A DNA stretch of 64,000 nt, taken from the NCBI GenBank assembly GCA_965263035.1, contig OZ253580.1:2656001-2720000 (forward strand). Direction: 5' to 3'. Shown piece after piece: positions 1 through 10,296 of this stretch (the first letter of the stretch is position 1; the number at the start of each line of letters is the position of its first letter). A program made the position numbers and the translations under genes. Below the pieces are notes generated by a model. That model did no database searches and was not told the origin of the DNA. It saw only the letters and a list, made by a program, of their open reading frames with translations. The DNA is from Acidobacteriota bacterium (GTDB lineage Bacteria; Acidobacteriota; UBA6911; RPQK01; JAJDTT01).

Positions 1-1022
1 TCGCCTCCCGGCAGATAGGTACAGTGCCCGTTTTCGGTCATGACACCGTCTCCGACCAGCTCGACTGCGCCCCCCGCCGCGTCTTCGAAGAGATAGAACG
101 CCCACGGTCTTGTTTCGGGCCGGGTCCAGGCAAGAATCGATTCCGGGTCCCTCCAGATGAAGTGCGAAGTATAACCTGAGGCATCGACGACACGGAGGTC
201 CGAGCCGTCGTGGCTGGCGGTAAACATTCGCGTGGCACCGGTGAATTTGGGGAATCCCCAGCGATGAAGGAATATGAAACGGGTGCCGTCGGGACTGATC
301 AAAAGGTGGTTGAAGTAACTCTTGGCTTTAGCCAATTCCACGCCCGGCATCGGAATGTCGACGACTTGTTCGACCGAGATCAGCAACTCCTGGCGTCCGC
401 TGTCCAGGTCGACGCGGAAGATACCCGAATCTTCGGGCGCCCGGACGCCGCGGTAGGGGTCGTCCGGTCCTGGATAGCCGTAGGCGGGCCGCATGTCGCT
501 GACGCGGCGAAAGTCGGGTGCCACCGCCCAGCCTCCGTCAGGGCTGACCGTGTAGACCGGATGTGGGAGGGTTCGCCGTTGGCGGGTCTCGAGGTCCAGG
601 ATGCGACAGACGAAGCGGTCTTGCTGGCGATCGTTCCAGAGGACTTCGGTTTTCGAGCCGGGCCGCCACTGGAGCATGCAGCCCTGCTGCCAACACCAGG
701 CGCGACTCTCTCCCAGCTCGATCCACTTGTCGCCATCCTGAAGATCGACCATGCCGATCTTGATCACATCGCCGGGCGTGGGCGAGCGGTGTTCAAAGTC
801 GACTTCCATCCCCAGCACGAAGCGGCCGGTGGGGTCAAACTCCAGCTTGTCGTAGTACCCGAACCAGTGATGTTTGGGACCGTGCGTGATGGCTCGTACC
901 GGGGGCAGTTTGCTGCGAGCACCCGCCACGGCGGGTCGAGGCCAAGCGGTGAGCGCCAACAGAACGGGGGCAGCGGTGTTGAGCAGGTCACGCCGGGTCA
1001 GAGATGTGTTCGGCTTAGGCAT
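1..1022 (-). CDS. Tat-exported beta-propeller-like hypothetical protein (oligogalacturonate lyase/TolB-like); runs off the window start
   Basis: Manual translation from ATG 1022: MPKPNTSLTRRDLLNTAAPVLLALTAWPRPAVAG...HHWFGYYDKLEFDPTGRFVLGMEVDF...SRAWCWQQGCMLQW. Twin-arginine signal. Missing from the ORF track because the stop lies outside the window. Confidence 0.7.
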   Translation of the reverse strand, partial: MPKPNTSLTRRDLLNTAAPVLLALTAWPRPAVAGARSKLPPVRAITHGPKHHWFGYYDKLEFDPTGRFVLGMEVDFEHRSPTPGDVIKIGMVDLQDGDKWIELGESRAWCWQQGCMLQWRPGSKTEVLWNDRQQDRFVCRILDLETRQRRTLPHPVYTVSPDGGWAVAPDFRRVSDMRPAYGYPGPDDPYRGVRAPEDSGIFRVDLDSGRQELLISVEQVVDIPMPGVELAKAKSYFNHLLISPDGTRFIFLHRWGFPKFTGATRMFTASHDGSDLRVVDASGYTSHFIWRDPESILAWTRPETRPWAFYLFEDAAGGAVELVGDGVMTENGHCTYLPGG

Positions 1023-1054
1023 GAGACAACCCTTGAAGCTGCTCCTGAGATTAA

Positions 1055-1215
1055 CAGCCCGTGGCAAAAGTCGTCACGGCATTCGACCGTCCCTGTATCG
1101 TGCGCGGACTGCGTTGCGACTCGGTCACATACTCCCGGTGTCCTCCCTCCGTTGCGCCTTGTCCGGCGGGCACAGGAACGGTCTCGGTGCTCGCGGGACT
1201 TTCACTAACAGACTG
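1055..1215 (+). mobile_element. MITE family A, copy 1
   Basis: Ends CAGCCCGTGGCAAAAGTC / GACTTTCACTAACAGACTG, flanks TTAA/TTGA; near-identical to the copies at 7122, 17766, 45034 and 63181. Confidence 0.85.
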
Positions 1216-1256
1216 TTGAGGCGGCGTGCACGGCCGACGGCGTGCACGTGCACAGC

Positions 1257-1333
<77 letters not shown>

Positions 1334-1382
1334 AAGCTTCCCAAGAAAGGCCCTTATTTTAACAGACTGCCGCGCGAATCGC

Positions 1383-2258
1383 CTACGCGGAGTTGGAGCC
1401 GGAGATTGCCTGGGCGACGACATCCAGACACCGGAGCATGGCCGGGACCGGATCTTCCTTGTCCCCTTCGAACTCCAGCGAGACGGGACCTGAAAATCCC
1501 AAACTTTGAAAGGTCTCGAAGGTCTTGACCACATCCAGCTTGCCTTGGCCCAGGATCACGTCATTGCCCTCTGCGTCGAAGTCCTTGAGGTGGACTCCCA
1601 GGACTCGGCTCCCAAGCATCTCCAGAGCCGTCACCGGATCGACTCCGGCGCGAATGTAGTGCCCCAGGTCGGCACAAGCGCCGATACGCGGGTCGAGGCC
1701 GTCCACCGCTTCCATGATCCACTCGGGCCGCCGCCAGCGCTCGTCCTCAGGACCGTGGTTGTGGATGGCGATCCGGATGTCGTATTTGTCCACCAACCTC
1801 TCCAGGCTGGTGAAGGCCCTTTTGGACGGATTCGCGCTGAGGACACGCACCCCAAGATTCCGGGCCAGTTGAAAGATCGCCTCGTTCTTCTCGTGTTCAT
1901 CGGTGAAGCGTTCCACCCCGAGTGCGTTCGCAGTGATTCCCGCTTCCCGCAGTCGATCTCGAAACCGGACGATCCCTTCCTCGCTGCCGTCCTGCGGCAG
2001 GTGGCCTCTCCAGAGCTCCACGAAGGGTAGATTCAACCGTTTTGCCTGCCCGAGAAAGTCCTCGGTGGGCACGAAATGCCTGAGGGAGTAACTCTGGAAT
2101 CCCATCTCGTAGTTCCCGTAGTTGCGATCCGGTTCCTGCTGTTCCAGGGAGTCCACCGGCGGCGAAGAACAGCCGGCAAAGCCGGTGGCCAAACCGGCTC
2201 CGGCAATGCCCAGCGACAAATGCATCCAATCTCTTCGGGTCAAGTGTGCCATTAGCAT
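1383..2258 (-). CDS. Sugar phosphate isomerase/epimerase (xylose isomerase-like TIM barrel), Tat lipoprotein
   Basis: TRRDW...FAGC signal; IAIHNHG, ADLGH, VHLKD and SLEFE metal motifs. Confidence 0.85.
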   Translation of the reverse strand: MLMAHLTRRDWMHLSLGIAGAGLATGFAGCSSPPVDSLEQQEPDRNYGNYEMGFQSYSLRHFVPTEDFLGQAKRLNLPFVELWRGHLPQDGSEEGIVRFRDRLREAGITANALGVERFTDEHEKNEAIFQLARNLGVRVLSANPSKRAFTSLERLVDKYDIRIAIHNHGPEDERWRRPEWIMEAVDGLDPRIGACADLGHYIRAGVDPVTALEMLGSRVLGVHLKDFDAEGNDVILGQGKLDVVKTFETFQSLGFSGPVSLEFEGDKEDPVPAMLRCLDVVAQAISGSNSA

Positions 2259-2507
2259 GAACGATCTCTCCTCCTGCCGGGCGATGGGCTGTTTCCGAGG
2301 TCCGACGGTCCCAGTCTACTACGACATGAGGGGAGTATTGCAGCCCTTCAGCCCAGCCGAATCGGCCTGACGGAGAATCTTGGTTCTCCCGGAGCCACCT
2401 GCTTTTGGACCGGAAACGCCGCTCCTTGATCTCGTCCTGAATTTCCGGTTACCTTGCCAGGGACCCCAGCGGGAAAACCATCCCCCTGAGTTCGAGGAAT
2501 CCGGAAT

Positions 2508-3575
2508 ATGGCGACTCCCGGAACCCGCCGGAGAGATCTGCTTCATCCCGAACGCATGGCGGCTCTGGCCGCCGCGGCCCTGCCCCGTGTCCCTCCGGAC
2601 CTCGAGGCCGTCCCGGATGAGCTGATCCGAGCGGGCCGGCAGGCCATGGCCTGCCGCTTCGAGATCTTCCTGTCGACCCGGGACCGGTCTCGAATCATGA
2701 CGGTCCACCGAGCTCTGGATCTGATCCAGGAACTCGAAGGCCAGATGACCGTCTTTCGAAACGACAGCGAGATTGCCCACCTGAATCGCTACGCCTTCGA
2801 GCGACCGATAGCTGCCGAGACCGGCCTCTTCGAGCTGCTGCGGCTGGGAGCGAGAATCTATCGCGAGACAGGCGGAGCCTTCGACATGACAGCCGGTCCG
2901 CTTTGGAAAGTCTGGGGATTCTCCCGGCGCCAGGGTACCCTTCCCGATCCGGAGGCGGTCGAGGAGGCTCGAAGCCAAGTCGGATCCCGTTTCCTGGAAT
3001 TGGACCCGTCCGCCGCAACCGTTCGCTTCCGGCGCCGCGGTCTGGAATTGAATCTGGGAGCGATCGGAAAGGGGTACGCGCTGGACCGGGCCGGCCGGCT
3101 GTTGAAGCAGGAAGGTACGAGCCGCGCCCTGCTCCACGCCGGCCACAGCAGCATTTTGGCCCTCGGGGAAGGCCCCGGACGGGAATCGCCGCCGGGGTGG
3201 AAGGTCAGCATCCGGGATCCATTGGGAAGGACCGGGCCACTGGCCACCGTGGAGCTTCGCAATCGAGCCCTTTCCACTTCCGGCGTGGGCGAACAGTTCT
3301 TTCGGATCGGAAATAAACACTATGGCCATGTCCTGGATCCCCGGACCGGTCATCCGGTGGAGAAGAATCTGGCCGCGACGGCCCTGGCTCCTACGGCGGC
3401 GGAGGCGGACGCCCTCTCCACGGCGTTCCTGGTCATGGACCTGGAAGATATTTTGTCGTACTGTCGTCGGCGCCGGGGCATAGGGGCCATGGTGGTCGCC
3501 AAAGATCCCCGGGATGGGGCCGTTCAGGTCCATCACTGGGGCCTGGACGCCGATCATTTGGAGGTCTTCCGGTGA
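2508..3575 (+). CDS. apbE: FAD:protein FMN transferase (ApbE family)
   Basis: TGGAFDMTAGPL, LNLGAIGKGYALD, ALSTSG, GHVLDPRTG and ADALSTA motifs. Confidence 0.92.
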   Translation: MATPGTRRRDLLHPERMAALAAAALPRVPPDLEAVPDELIRAGRQAMACRFEIFLSTRDRSRIMTVHRALDLIQELEGQMTVFRNDSEIAHLNRYAFERPIAAETGLFELLRLGARIYRETGGAFDMTAGPLWKVWGFSRRQGTLPDPEAVEEARSQVGSRFLELDPSAATVRFRRRGLELNLGAIGKGYALDRAGRLLKQEGTSRALLHAGHSSILALGEGPGRESPPGWKVSIRDPLGRTGPLATVELRNRALSTSGVGEQFFRIGNKHYGHVLDPRTGHPVEKNLAATALAPTAAEADALSTAFLVMDLEDILSYCRRRRGIGAMVVAKDPRDGAVQVHHWGLDADHLEVFR

Positions 3576-4072
3576 ATCGTTTCAATCAACTCACCCCGAT
3601 CCACAAGTTTCTGCTGCTGGTGCTCCGCTTCTGCCTCGGGTGGCACCTTTTCTACCAGGGGGTGGGGAAGTTCCTGGCCGTGAATTGGACCTCGCGAGGC
3701 TACCTCGAAAACTCAACGGGGCCTTTTCCCGGAATCTTCCATTGGATCGTCGAGAACCCTTCATTACTGGCCATGGCCGACGTCGGCACCAAGTGGGGAC
3801 TCGTCATATTGGGGCTGGGGCTGATGCTGGGACTGTTCACGCGCCTGTCCGCCTTGGGGGGATTCGCGCTGCTCATGTTGTTCTATCTGGCATCGCCGGC
3901 GCTGATGTCGGACGGCTTCGTGGTCCAGTCCGCCGAGGGGACCGAACTCTACGTCAACAAGACGTTGATCGAGGCCTTGGCCCTATCGCTGATTCTGGTC
4001 TTCCCCACCGGTCAGATCGCCGGTCTGGACATACTTGTGCGCCATTGGAAGACCAACCGATTCAGCAGGTAG
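3572..4072 (+). CDS. DoxX/DoxD family membrane protein
   Basis: LRFCLGWHLFYQG..K, LGLFTRLSA and VNKTLIE motifs; four hydrophobic helices. Confidence 0.85.
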   Translation: MNRFNQLTPIHKFLLLVLRFCLGWHLFYQGVGKFLAVNWTSRGYLENSTGPFPGIFHWIVENPSLLAMADVGTKWGLVILGLGLMLGLFTRLSALGGFALLMLFYLASPALMSDGFVVQSAEGTELYVNKTLIEALALSLILVFPTGQIAGLDILVRHWKTNRFSR

Positions 4073-4179
4073 CACCCGGGGAGAACCATGTCTGCCGCTT
4101 GGAGCGATCCGGGACAAACTGCCGACAAGATTGATAATATGGCGACACCCGACCCAACCCGATCTCCATGGAGGTGGGT

Positions 4180-5454
4180 ATGCTGAACGACGAACAGAAA
4201 AAACTGGGACGCAGGAATTTCATCAAGGCCGTGGCCACGGTTCCACCCACGGGGGCGCTGCTCTGGAAGACCTCCTCGATGTGGCCGGTGAAGACAGGCA
4301 TCATCGGCATCGGTGCACAAGGCGGAGTGTTGATGGAGAACGCCCCGCCCAGCCACATGCGGATCTCGGCGGTCTGCGACATCTTCCCCCCCAATCGGGA
4401 AAAAGCTCTCAAAATCGCCCAAGAGCGGTACGACCCGAACGCCGTCGCCTACTCGGATCATCGCGAGCTCCTGAAACATAACGATATCGAGGCCGTCCTC
4501 ATTGCGGCTCCCCTCTGGATGCACGAGCCTCTCGCCATCGACGCGCTCAACGCGGGAAAGCACGTTTTCACCGAAAAGGCCATGGCCCACAGCATCGAGG
4601 GTTGCCGCCGCATGATCGAAGCCGCCAATTCGGCGGGCAAGCATCTCCAGGTGGGTCATCAGCGCAACTACAACCCCCTGTACCAGGAGGCGTACCAACT
4701 CATCCGGGAGGGCGTCATCGGAGACGTCTACCACGTCCGCAGCCTCTGGCATCGGAACAAGAGCTGGAGGCGGGCAGTTCCCGAAACCGACTTCGATCCT
4801 ACGCCTTGGGGTTATCCGGACATGGAGCACTTGAGGAACTGGAGGCTCTACCGGAAGTACTCCCACGGCCTCAACGCCGAGTTGGGAAGCCACCATCTGC
4901 AGGTCGTCAACTGGTTCACCGGCGAACTTCCCAAGGCGGTCTACGGTTCCGGCGGAATCTACGCCTACAACGACGGCCGCGAGGTGGAGGACCACATCTA
5001 CGTCACCTACGAGTACCCGGGAGGGGTCACTTACACCTTCTCGTCCATACAGACCAACGCCTTTGATCACTTCTACGAGCAGTTCATGGGCACCGAAGGC
5101 ACCATCATCCTCACCCGGGAGCGGGAAGCCATGCTTTTCTCGGAGCAGGGGAAGGCGGCGGCGACCGAGCTCAAGACCCAGGCCATGGGAGACGCTCCTC
5201 TGCTGGAGGCTTCGGAAAGCCGGGTCCGGGATGCGGCCGGGTCCCAGGTCACGGGTGGAGGCAAGAGCGCGGCCTCCGCTCTGAGGGGGTATTCGAAGGA
5301 ACTGGAAGGGTTCTGCAGGACCATCCGCTACGGATCCGAGAATCTTTGCGACGGGCCGTCGGCAATGAACGTGTGCGTACCCATGATCAAGGCCGGCGAG
5401 TCCACCGTTTCCGGACAGAAGGTGGACATCCCCCAGAATCTTTACTGGACTTGA
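4180..5454 (+). CDS. Gfo/Idh/MocA family oxidoreductase, Tat-exported
   Basis: GRRNFIK signal; IIGIGAQG, GKHVFTEKAMA, NWRLY and ELGSHH motifs; alternative start 4168. Confidence 0.9.
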   Translation: MLNDEQKKLGRRNFIKAVATVPPTGALLWKTSSMWPVKTGIIGIGAQGGVLMENAPPSHMRISAVCDIFPPNREKALKIAQERYDPNAVAYSDHRELLKHNDIEAVLIAAPLWMHEPLAIDALNAGKHVFTEKAMAHSIEGCRRMIEAANSAGKHLQVGHQRNYNPLYQEAYQLIREGVIGDVYHVRSLWHRNKSWRRAVPETDFDPTPWGYPDMEHLRNWRLYRKYSHGLNAELGSHHLQVVNWFTGELPKAVYGSGGIYAYNDGREVEDHIYVTYEYPGGVTYTFSSIQTNAFDHFYEQFMGTEGTIILTREREAMLFSEQGKAAATELKTQAMGDAPLLEASESRVRDAAGSQVTGGGKSAASALRGYSKELEGFCRTIRYGSENLCDGPSAMNVCVPMIKAGESTVSGQKVDIPQNLYWT

Positions 5455-5491
5455 TCGATCGGGCGGTATCTTCGGCGCGACCGGTGTACGG

Positions 5492-6661
5492 TCAACCGGA
5501 ATTCGGCTGCAACTCGGGAATATCGACCCAGGATCGGCTCCGCCAGGACTCCCGCGCACACTCGGCCAACTGAACCCCTTTGGCTCCCTCCAGCAGGTTC
5601 CAGGGGAACGGCTCGTCGGCAAGGACATGGCGCAGGAACAGTTCCCACTGCGCCCGGAAGGGTCCGGACGCGGGAGGGGGCCCGGGTGCCGGCGACCATG
5701 ATTCCAGCCACGTGTGCGACTGCTCCAGGTCCGGATTCCAGGTCACCCGCGGGGTGGACCGGGCGAGTTGCACCCTACATTCGTTCAAGCCGCAGACGGC
5801 CGATCCAAGAGTTCCGTCGACTTGAAGGGTGAACAGGTCGTCCCGGCGCACGCGAACCGCCCAGGAACTGTTGAAGTGCGCGACAACGTCTCCCTCGAGT
5901 AGAAACGTCGCGTAGGCCGAGTCGTCGGCCGTGACCGCGTACTCCCGGCCCTCTTCGTTCCAACGCCTGCGAACGTGGGTGGCTCCCAGGCAGGAGACGG
6001 CACGCACGCCGCCGAAAAGGTTCTCCAGCAGATACCTCCAATGGGGGAACATGTCCAGGATGATGCTCCCTCCCTCTTCCTTGCGGTAGTTCCAGGACGG
6101 CCGCTGCAAGGGCGGCTCCCTCCCGTCGAAGACCCAATAGCCGAACTCTCCCCGGACCGAGAGGATCCGCCCCAGACACCCGTTCCGCAGCAACCGTCTC
6201 AACTGAACGATCCCGGGCACCCAGAGCTTGTCCTGGACCACGCCGTGCTTGAGACCCCTCCCCTGGGCCATCCGGTAGAGCCGGTAGGCCTCGGCGCTCG
6301 TGGAGGCGGCCGGTTTCTCACAGTACACGTGCCGGCCCGCCTCCAGAGCGCGTTCCATTGCCGCGGCCCGAAGCGGGGTGGTCTGAGCGTCGAAATAGAT
6401 CTGGTTGGCGGGATCTTCCAAGGCCCGATCCAACTGATCGGTCCAGGCCTCGACGCCGGTCTCTCGGGACAGCCGCTCCAGCTTGACCCGGTCCCGCCCC
6501 ACCAGAACCGGCTCGGGAAGGATCCGGCCGACGCCGGGGACCTCCACCCCCCCGTCCCGTCCGATACTCAGGATGGACCGGCGCAGATGCTGATTGGCCC
6601 CCATGCGGCCGGTGACTCCGTTCATGATGACGCCGATCCGGAGGGGCGAGGATGCGGGCAT
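5492..6661 (-). CDS. Gfo/Idh/MocA family oxidoreductase
   Basis: IMNGVTGRMG, HVYCEKP, RGEFGYWVF and DMFPHW motifs. Confidence 0.9.
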   Translation of the reverse strand: MPASSPLRIGVIMNGVTGRMGANQHLRRSILSIGRDGGVEVPGVGRILPEPVLVGRDRVKLERLSRETGVEAWTDQLDRALEDPANQIYFDAQTTPLRAAAMERALEAGRHVYCEKPAASTSAEAYRLYRMAQGRGLKHGVVQDKLWVPGIVQLRRLLRNGCLGRILSVRGEFGYWVFDGREPPLQRPSWNYRKEEGGSIILDMFPHWRYLLENLFGGVRAVSCLGATHVRRRWNEEGREYAVTADDSAYATFLLEGDVVAHFNSSWAVRVRRDDLFTLQVDGTLGSAVCGLNECRVQLARSTPRVTWNPDLEQSHTWLESWSPAPGPPPASGPFRAQWELFLRHVLADEPFPWNLLEGAKGVQLAECARESWRSRSWVDIPELQPNSG

Positions 6662-6670
6662 TTTCCAACG

Positions 6671-7105
6671 TCAAACGTGTTGGGGACGGGCCCCTTCCGG
6701 CAAAGCGGGCGTCTCGCGGCCGGCGCGGGGAAGGGTGCCCATGAGCTCTTGGCGCCAGTGGGCGACGTCCCCGGCGGGACCATAGCAGTAGATGAAGGTC
6801 AGGGGCTTCTTGCCCAGGTTGGTGAGCTGATGGTAAATGCGCGGCGAAATATAGACGATATCCCCCGAGTTCAAGGTTCTCCGCTCCCGACCCAGGCACA
6901 TCTCGCCCGTCCCTTCCAGGACATAGTAGATTTCCTCCTGCTCCTGATTGTGCCAGGGGACCTGGCCTCCATCCGGGTCCAGGACCACGGATCCCATGCA
7001 GAAGCTGGCCGTCTGAATGGGCGAAGGGCCGCCCACCAGATTTGTCGACTCGCGGCCGGCCGGGAAACGGCGAGAGTTCAACCGGTTGAGAGTGGCAACG
7101 ATCAT
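6671..7105 (-). CDS. Cupin domain protein
   Basis: VPWHNQEQEEIYYVLEGTG...YHQLTN; GGAGG upstream of ATG 7105. The longer ORF in the track reads through a MITE. Confidence 0.85.
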   Translation of the reverse strand: MIVATLNRLNSRRFPAGRESTNLVGGPSPIQTASFCMGSVVLDPDGGQVPWHNQEQEEIYYVLEGTGEMCLGRERRTLNSGDIVYISPRIYHQLTNLGKKPLTFIYCYGPAGDVAHWRQELMGTLPRAGRETPALPEGARPQHV

Positions 7106-7121
7106 CTGCTCCGTCCTCCAG

Positions 7122-7279
7122 CAGTCCGTGGTGAAAGTCCCGCGAGCACCGAGACCGTTCCTGCGCCCGCCGGACAAGGCGCGATTCGGGAGCATACCGG
7201 GAGTATGTGACCGAATCGCAACGCAGTCCGCCGGGATGCAGGGACGGTCGAATGCCGTGACGACTTTTGCCACGGGCTG
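7122..7279 (-). mobile_element. MITE family A, copy 2
   Basis: Imperfect TIRs CAGTCCGTGGTGAAAGTC / GACTTTTGCCACGGGCTG with a perfect CCAG duplication (7118-7121, 7280-7283). Confidence 0.9.
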
Positions 7280-7416
7280 CCAGGGTGGTCGCCGGCGACC
7301 GGCCCCAACTGCCGGGAGAATGAATGCTGAAGCCCATTTTCGGTGCCGGCTGAGAATTGCATCCGGGCAAAGCTATCAACCGGCGCCGGAAGGACGCAAG
7401 CTCGTTAAAGATCCCC

Positions 7417-8967
7417 TCATCCGAAGGTCTTTTTCCAGAAACTCCGGTCCAGGGACCGGTACTGGATGGCCTCCGAGACATGGGAGGTGGTCAGGCCGGA
7501 TGAACCGTCAAGGTCGGCGATGGTGCGAGCCATCTTGAGGATGCGATCGTAGGCTCGAGCCGAAAATCCCAACCTGGGAAGGGCCTCGTCGAACAGCCGC
7601 TTCACCCTGGGACTCAGGGCGCAGTACCGCTGGATCTCCACCGACCCCATCTGAGCGTTGCAGAAAATCGACGTTCCCGAGAAACGATCCCGCTGAACGT
7701 CCCGCGCCCGGGCGACCCGCTTGGCGATGGACCGCGAGGGCTCTCCCGAAGGCTGGGACGCCAAGTCGCGGTACGGAACCTCGGGGACTTCGACCTGCAA
7801 GTCCATCCGATCCAGGAAAGGCCCCGAAATCCGGGTCAGATAGCGGTGGATCGCGACCGGCGAACAGACGCACTCCCGATAAAGACTGTTGGCATAGCCG
7901 CAGGGGCAAGGGTTCATGGCGGCCACCAGCATGAAGCGGGAGGGAAAGGTCAAGCTGCGGGTCGCCCGGCTGATGGTGATTTCTCCAACCTCGCAGGGTT
8001 GCCGAAGCGTTTCCAGCACTCGCCGGTGAAATTCGGGCAGCTCATCCAGAAAGAGGACGCCATTGTGGGCCAGGGAGATCTCGCCGGGTCGAGGCGCGGA
8101 TCCTCCACCCACCAGACCGGCTCCGCTGATGCTGTGGTGGGGAGAGCGAAAGGGTCGCCTCACCAGGATGGAGCGGCTCTTGCCCAGCATTCCGCAGACG
8201 CTGTGGACCGCGGTCGTTTCCAGGGATTCGGAGAAGCCCATTGAGGGAAGGATGGAGGGGATGCGCCGTGCAAGCATGGTCTTGCCGGCGCCGGGAGGTC
8301 CGATCAGGAGCAGGTTGTGGCCACCGGCGCAAGCCACCTCCAAGGCCCGTTTGGCCGCCTGTTGCGCCTTGACGTGAGAGAAATCGGGCAATCGGGACTC
8401 CGTTTCCGATTCTCCTGCGCCCGGGTCGATCTTGAGAGGGTCCTGGTGCCGGTCGCCGTTGAGGAGATCCAGAACCTGGGGCAGACTGGCCGCGCAGTAG
8501 ACATCGATTTCCGGGACTGCCGCCGCCTCCCGGGCGTTGTCAGCAGGGAGCAGGAGTCTCTTGAACTTCCACTTGACGGCTCCCAGAGCCACCGGCAGTG
8601 CGCCCCGAATGGGGCGCACCCTTCCGTCCAGAGACAACTCACCGAGAATCAGCCATTTCCTGAGCTCCCGTTCTTCCAGCTTTCCAGCCAGACCCAGGAT
8701 CCCCAATGCGATGGGCAGGTCGTAACAGCTGCCTGCCTTCTTGAAGCCCGCCGGAGCCAGGTTGACGATGATGGTCCCTTGGCGGGGAAAGTCGAACCCG
8801 CAATTGCAGATGGCGGCTCGCACTCTCTCCCCGCTCTCCTTGACCGCCGTGTCGGGCAAGCCGACGACGTGGTACCTGGACCGCATACTCTGGGAGATGT
8901 CGACCTCCACGTCGATGATCTCGGCCTGGATGCCCAGGACGGAGGCACTGTGGACTTTCAGCAGCAT
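7417..8967 (-). CDS. comM: YifB/ComM family Mg-chelatase-like AAA+ ATPase
   Basis: VGLPDTAVKESGERVRAAI, GPPGAGKT, GEISLAHNGVLFLDELPEF and AAMNPCPCG motifs. Confidence 0.93.
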   Translation of the reverse strand: MLLKVHSASVLGIQAEIIDVEVDISQSMRSRYHVVGLPDTAVKESGERVRAAICNCGFDFPRQGTIIVNLAPAGFKKAGSCYDLPIALGILGLAGKLEERELRKWLILGELSLDGRVRPIRGALPVALGAVKWKFKRLLLPADNAREAAAVPEIDVYCAASLPQVLDLLNGDRHQDPLKIDPGAGESETESRLPDFSHVKAQQAAKRALEVACAGGHNLLLIGPPGAGKTMLARRIPSILPSMGFSESLETTAVHSVCGMLGKSRSILVRRPFRSPHHSISGAGLVGGGSAPRPGEISLAHNGVLFLDELPEFHRRVLETLRQPCEVGEITISRATRSLTFPSRFMLVAAMNPCPCGYANSLYRECVCSPVAIHRYLTRISGPFLDRMDLQVEVPEVPYRDLASQPSGEPSRSIAKRVARARDVQRDRFSGTSIFCNAQMGSVEIQRYCALSPRVKRLFDEALPRLGFSARAYDRILKMARTIADLDGSSGLTTSHVSEAIQYRSLDRSFWKKTFG

Positions 8968-9249
8968 TTTCCTGAACTCCCGTGAATTCACAGGATCGCC
9001 GCCCGGTGCGGCAGGTCCTCTTCTCGTCGCTCGGCAGGCGCCACGCCGAGCACTAATGGTGCTCTTCAACAGCCTGTTAACGTCCTGCGCAGGAAAAATG
9101 CGAAGCCTCGGGCTGGTTCCCACCTGGGTTTGGAGCGGGAACGGAGTTGGAGTCGAGTGGAGTTGCCGGTTCCGGGGTATACTCCTGTTTTTCCAAGATG
9201 TCCGGAGTGGCCCGGTGAGAAATTCGGGCTCGAGGCTGAGAGTGGATCC

Positions 9250-10296
9250 ATGACGGCGTCGAATGATCGGCAGGAGGGACGCTTCCTCAGGGCTTGCCGG
9301 CTCCAAAAGGTGGATTGCACTCCCGTCTGGGTGATGCGTCAGGCGGGACGCTACCTGCCCGAATACCGGCGGTTGAGGGAGCGTTACACGCTCCTGGAGA
9401 TCTGCGGGAACCCGGAGTTGGCGGCGGAGGTGACCTTGCAGCCCATCCGGCGATTCGATCTGGATGCGGCCATTATCTTCGCGGATATCCTCCTGCCGCT
9501 GAAGGGAATGGGCCTGGATTTCCGGTTCGCCGCGGGAGAGGGTCCCGTCATCTCCGAGCCGGTAAGGAGTCCGGAAGCGGTCCGGGCGCTGCACACCATG
9601 GATCCGTGGCAGCACCTGCCCCACGTCATGGAAGCACTCCGCCTCGTGCGGCGGGAGTTGGACCCTGGACGGGCCTTGATCGGTTTCTGCGGTGCTCCCT
9701 TCACTCTCGCCAGTTACATGATCGAGGGCGGCCGCTCCAAGAATTTCCAGGAGACGAAGAGGTTCATGTACACCCATCCGGACGCCTGGAAGGAGTTGAT
9801 GGGGAAGCTGGTAGAGGTCCAGATCGCGTATCTGAATGCGCAGGTCGATTCGGGGGCCCAGGCGGTCCAACTCTTCGACAGTTGGGTCGGCAGTCTGGGT
9901 CCGGCCGACTATCGGGAGTATGTCCTTCCCTTCTCCCGGGCCCTGTTCCAAGGGCTGAAGCATCGTCGGGTCCCCCTGATCCATTTCGGAACCGGAACCG
10001 GAGCCCTTCTGGAGGACATGCAGCAAGCGGGGGGAACGGTGTTGGGTGTCGATTGGCGAGTCGACCTGGACCAGGTCTGGCTCCGATTGGGTTCGGGTCA
10101 GGCCATCCAGGGGAATCTGGACCCCCTTGCCCTGATGGCCCCCAGACCGATCCTGAAACGGAAGGTGCGGGACGTGCTGGGCCAGGCCCGGGGACGCCGG
10201 GGACATATCTTCAATCTGGGCCATGGCGTTTTGCCGGCCACCGATCCGGACGCCGTGGCGGCCATGGTCGACTGGGTTCGGGAGGAGTCAAAGTGA
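9250..10296 (+). CDS. hemE: Uroporphyrinogen decarboxylase
   Basis: PVWVMRQAGRYLPEY, IGFCGAPFTLASY, QGNLDP and HIFNLGHG motifs. Confidence 0.96.
   Translation: MTASNDRQEGRFLRACRLQKVDCTPVWVMRQAGRYLPEYRRLRERYTLLEICGNPELAAEVTLQPIRRFDLDAAIIFADILLPLKGMGLDFRFAAGEGPVISEPVRSPEAVRALHTMDPWQHLPHVMEALRLVRRELDPGRALIGFCGAPFTLASYMIEGGRSKNFQETKRFMYTHPDAWKELMGKLVEVQIAYLNAQVDSGAQAVQLFDSWVGSLGPADYREYVLPFSRALFQGLKHRRVPLIHFGTGTGALLEDMQQAGGTVLGVDWRVDLDQVWLRLGSGQAIQGNLDPLALMAPRPILKRKVRDVLGQARGRRGHIFNLGHGVLPATDPDAVAAMVDWVREESK

Noticed and set aside
210-1208. 332-aa plus-strand ORF and many other long overlapping ORFs in the track
   Set aside because: Antisense or alternate-frame shadows of real genes in high-GC DNA; no recognisable motifs.
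1221-1256. Repeated GTGCAC palindromes downstream of tRNA-Lys
   Set aside because: Explained as a single short hairpin after the tRNA; no array.
9062-9080. TIR-like CTCTTCAACAGCCTG-TTAA upstream of comM
   Set aside because: Resembles an IS/MITE end, but no partner end or second copy was found.
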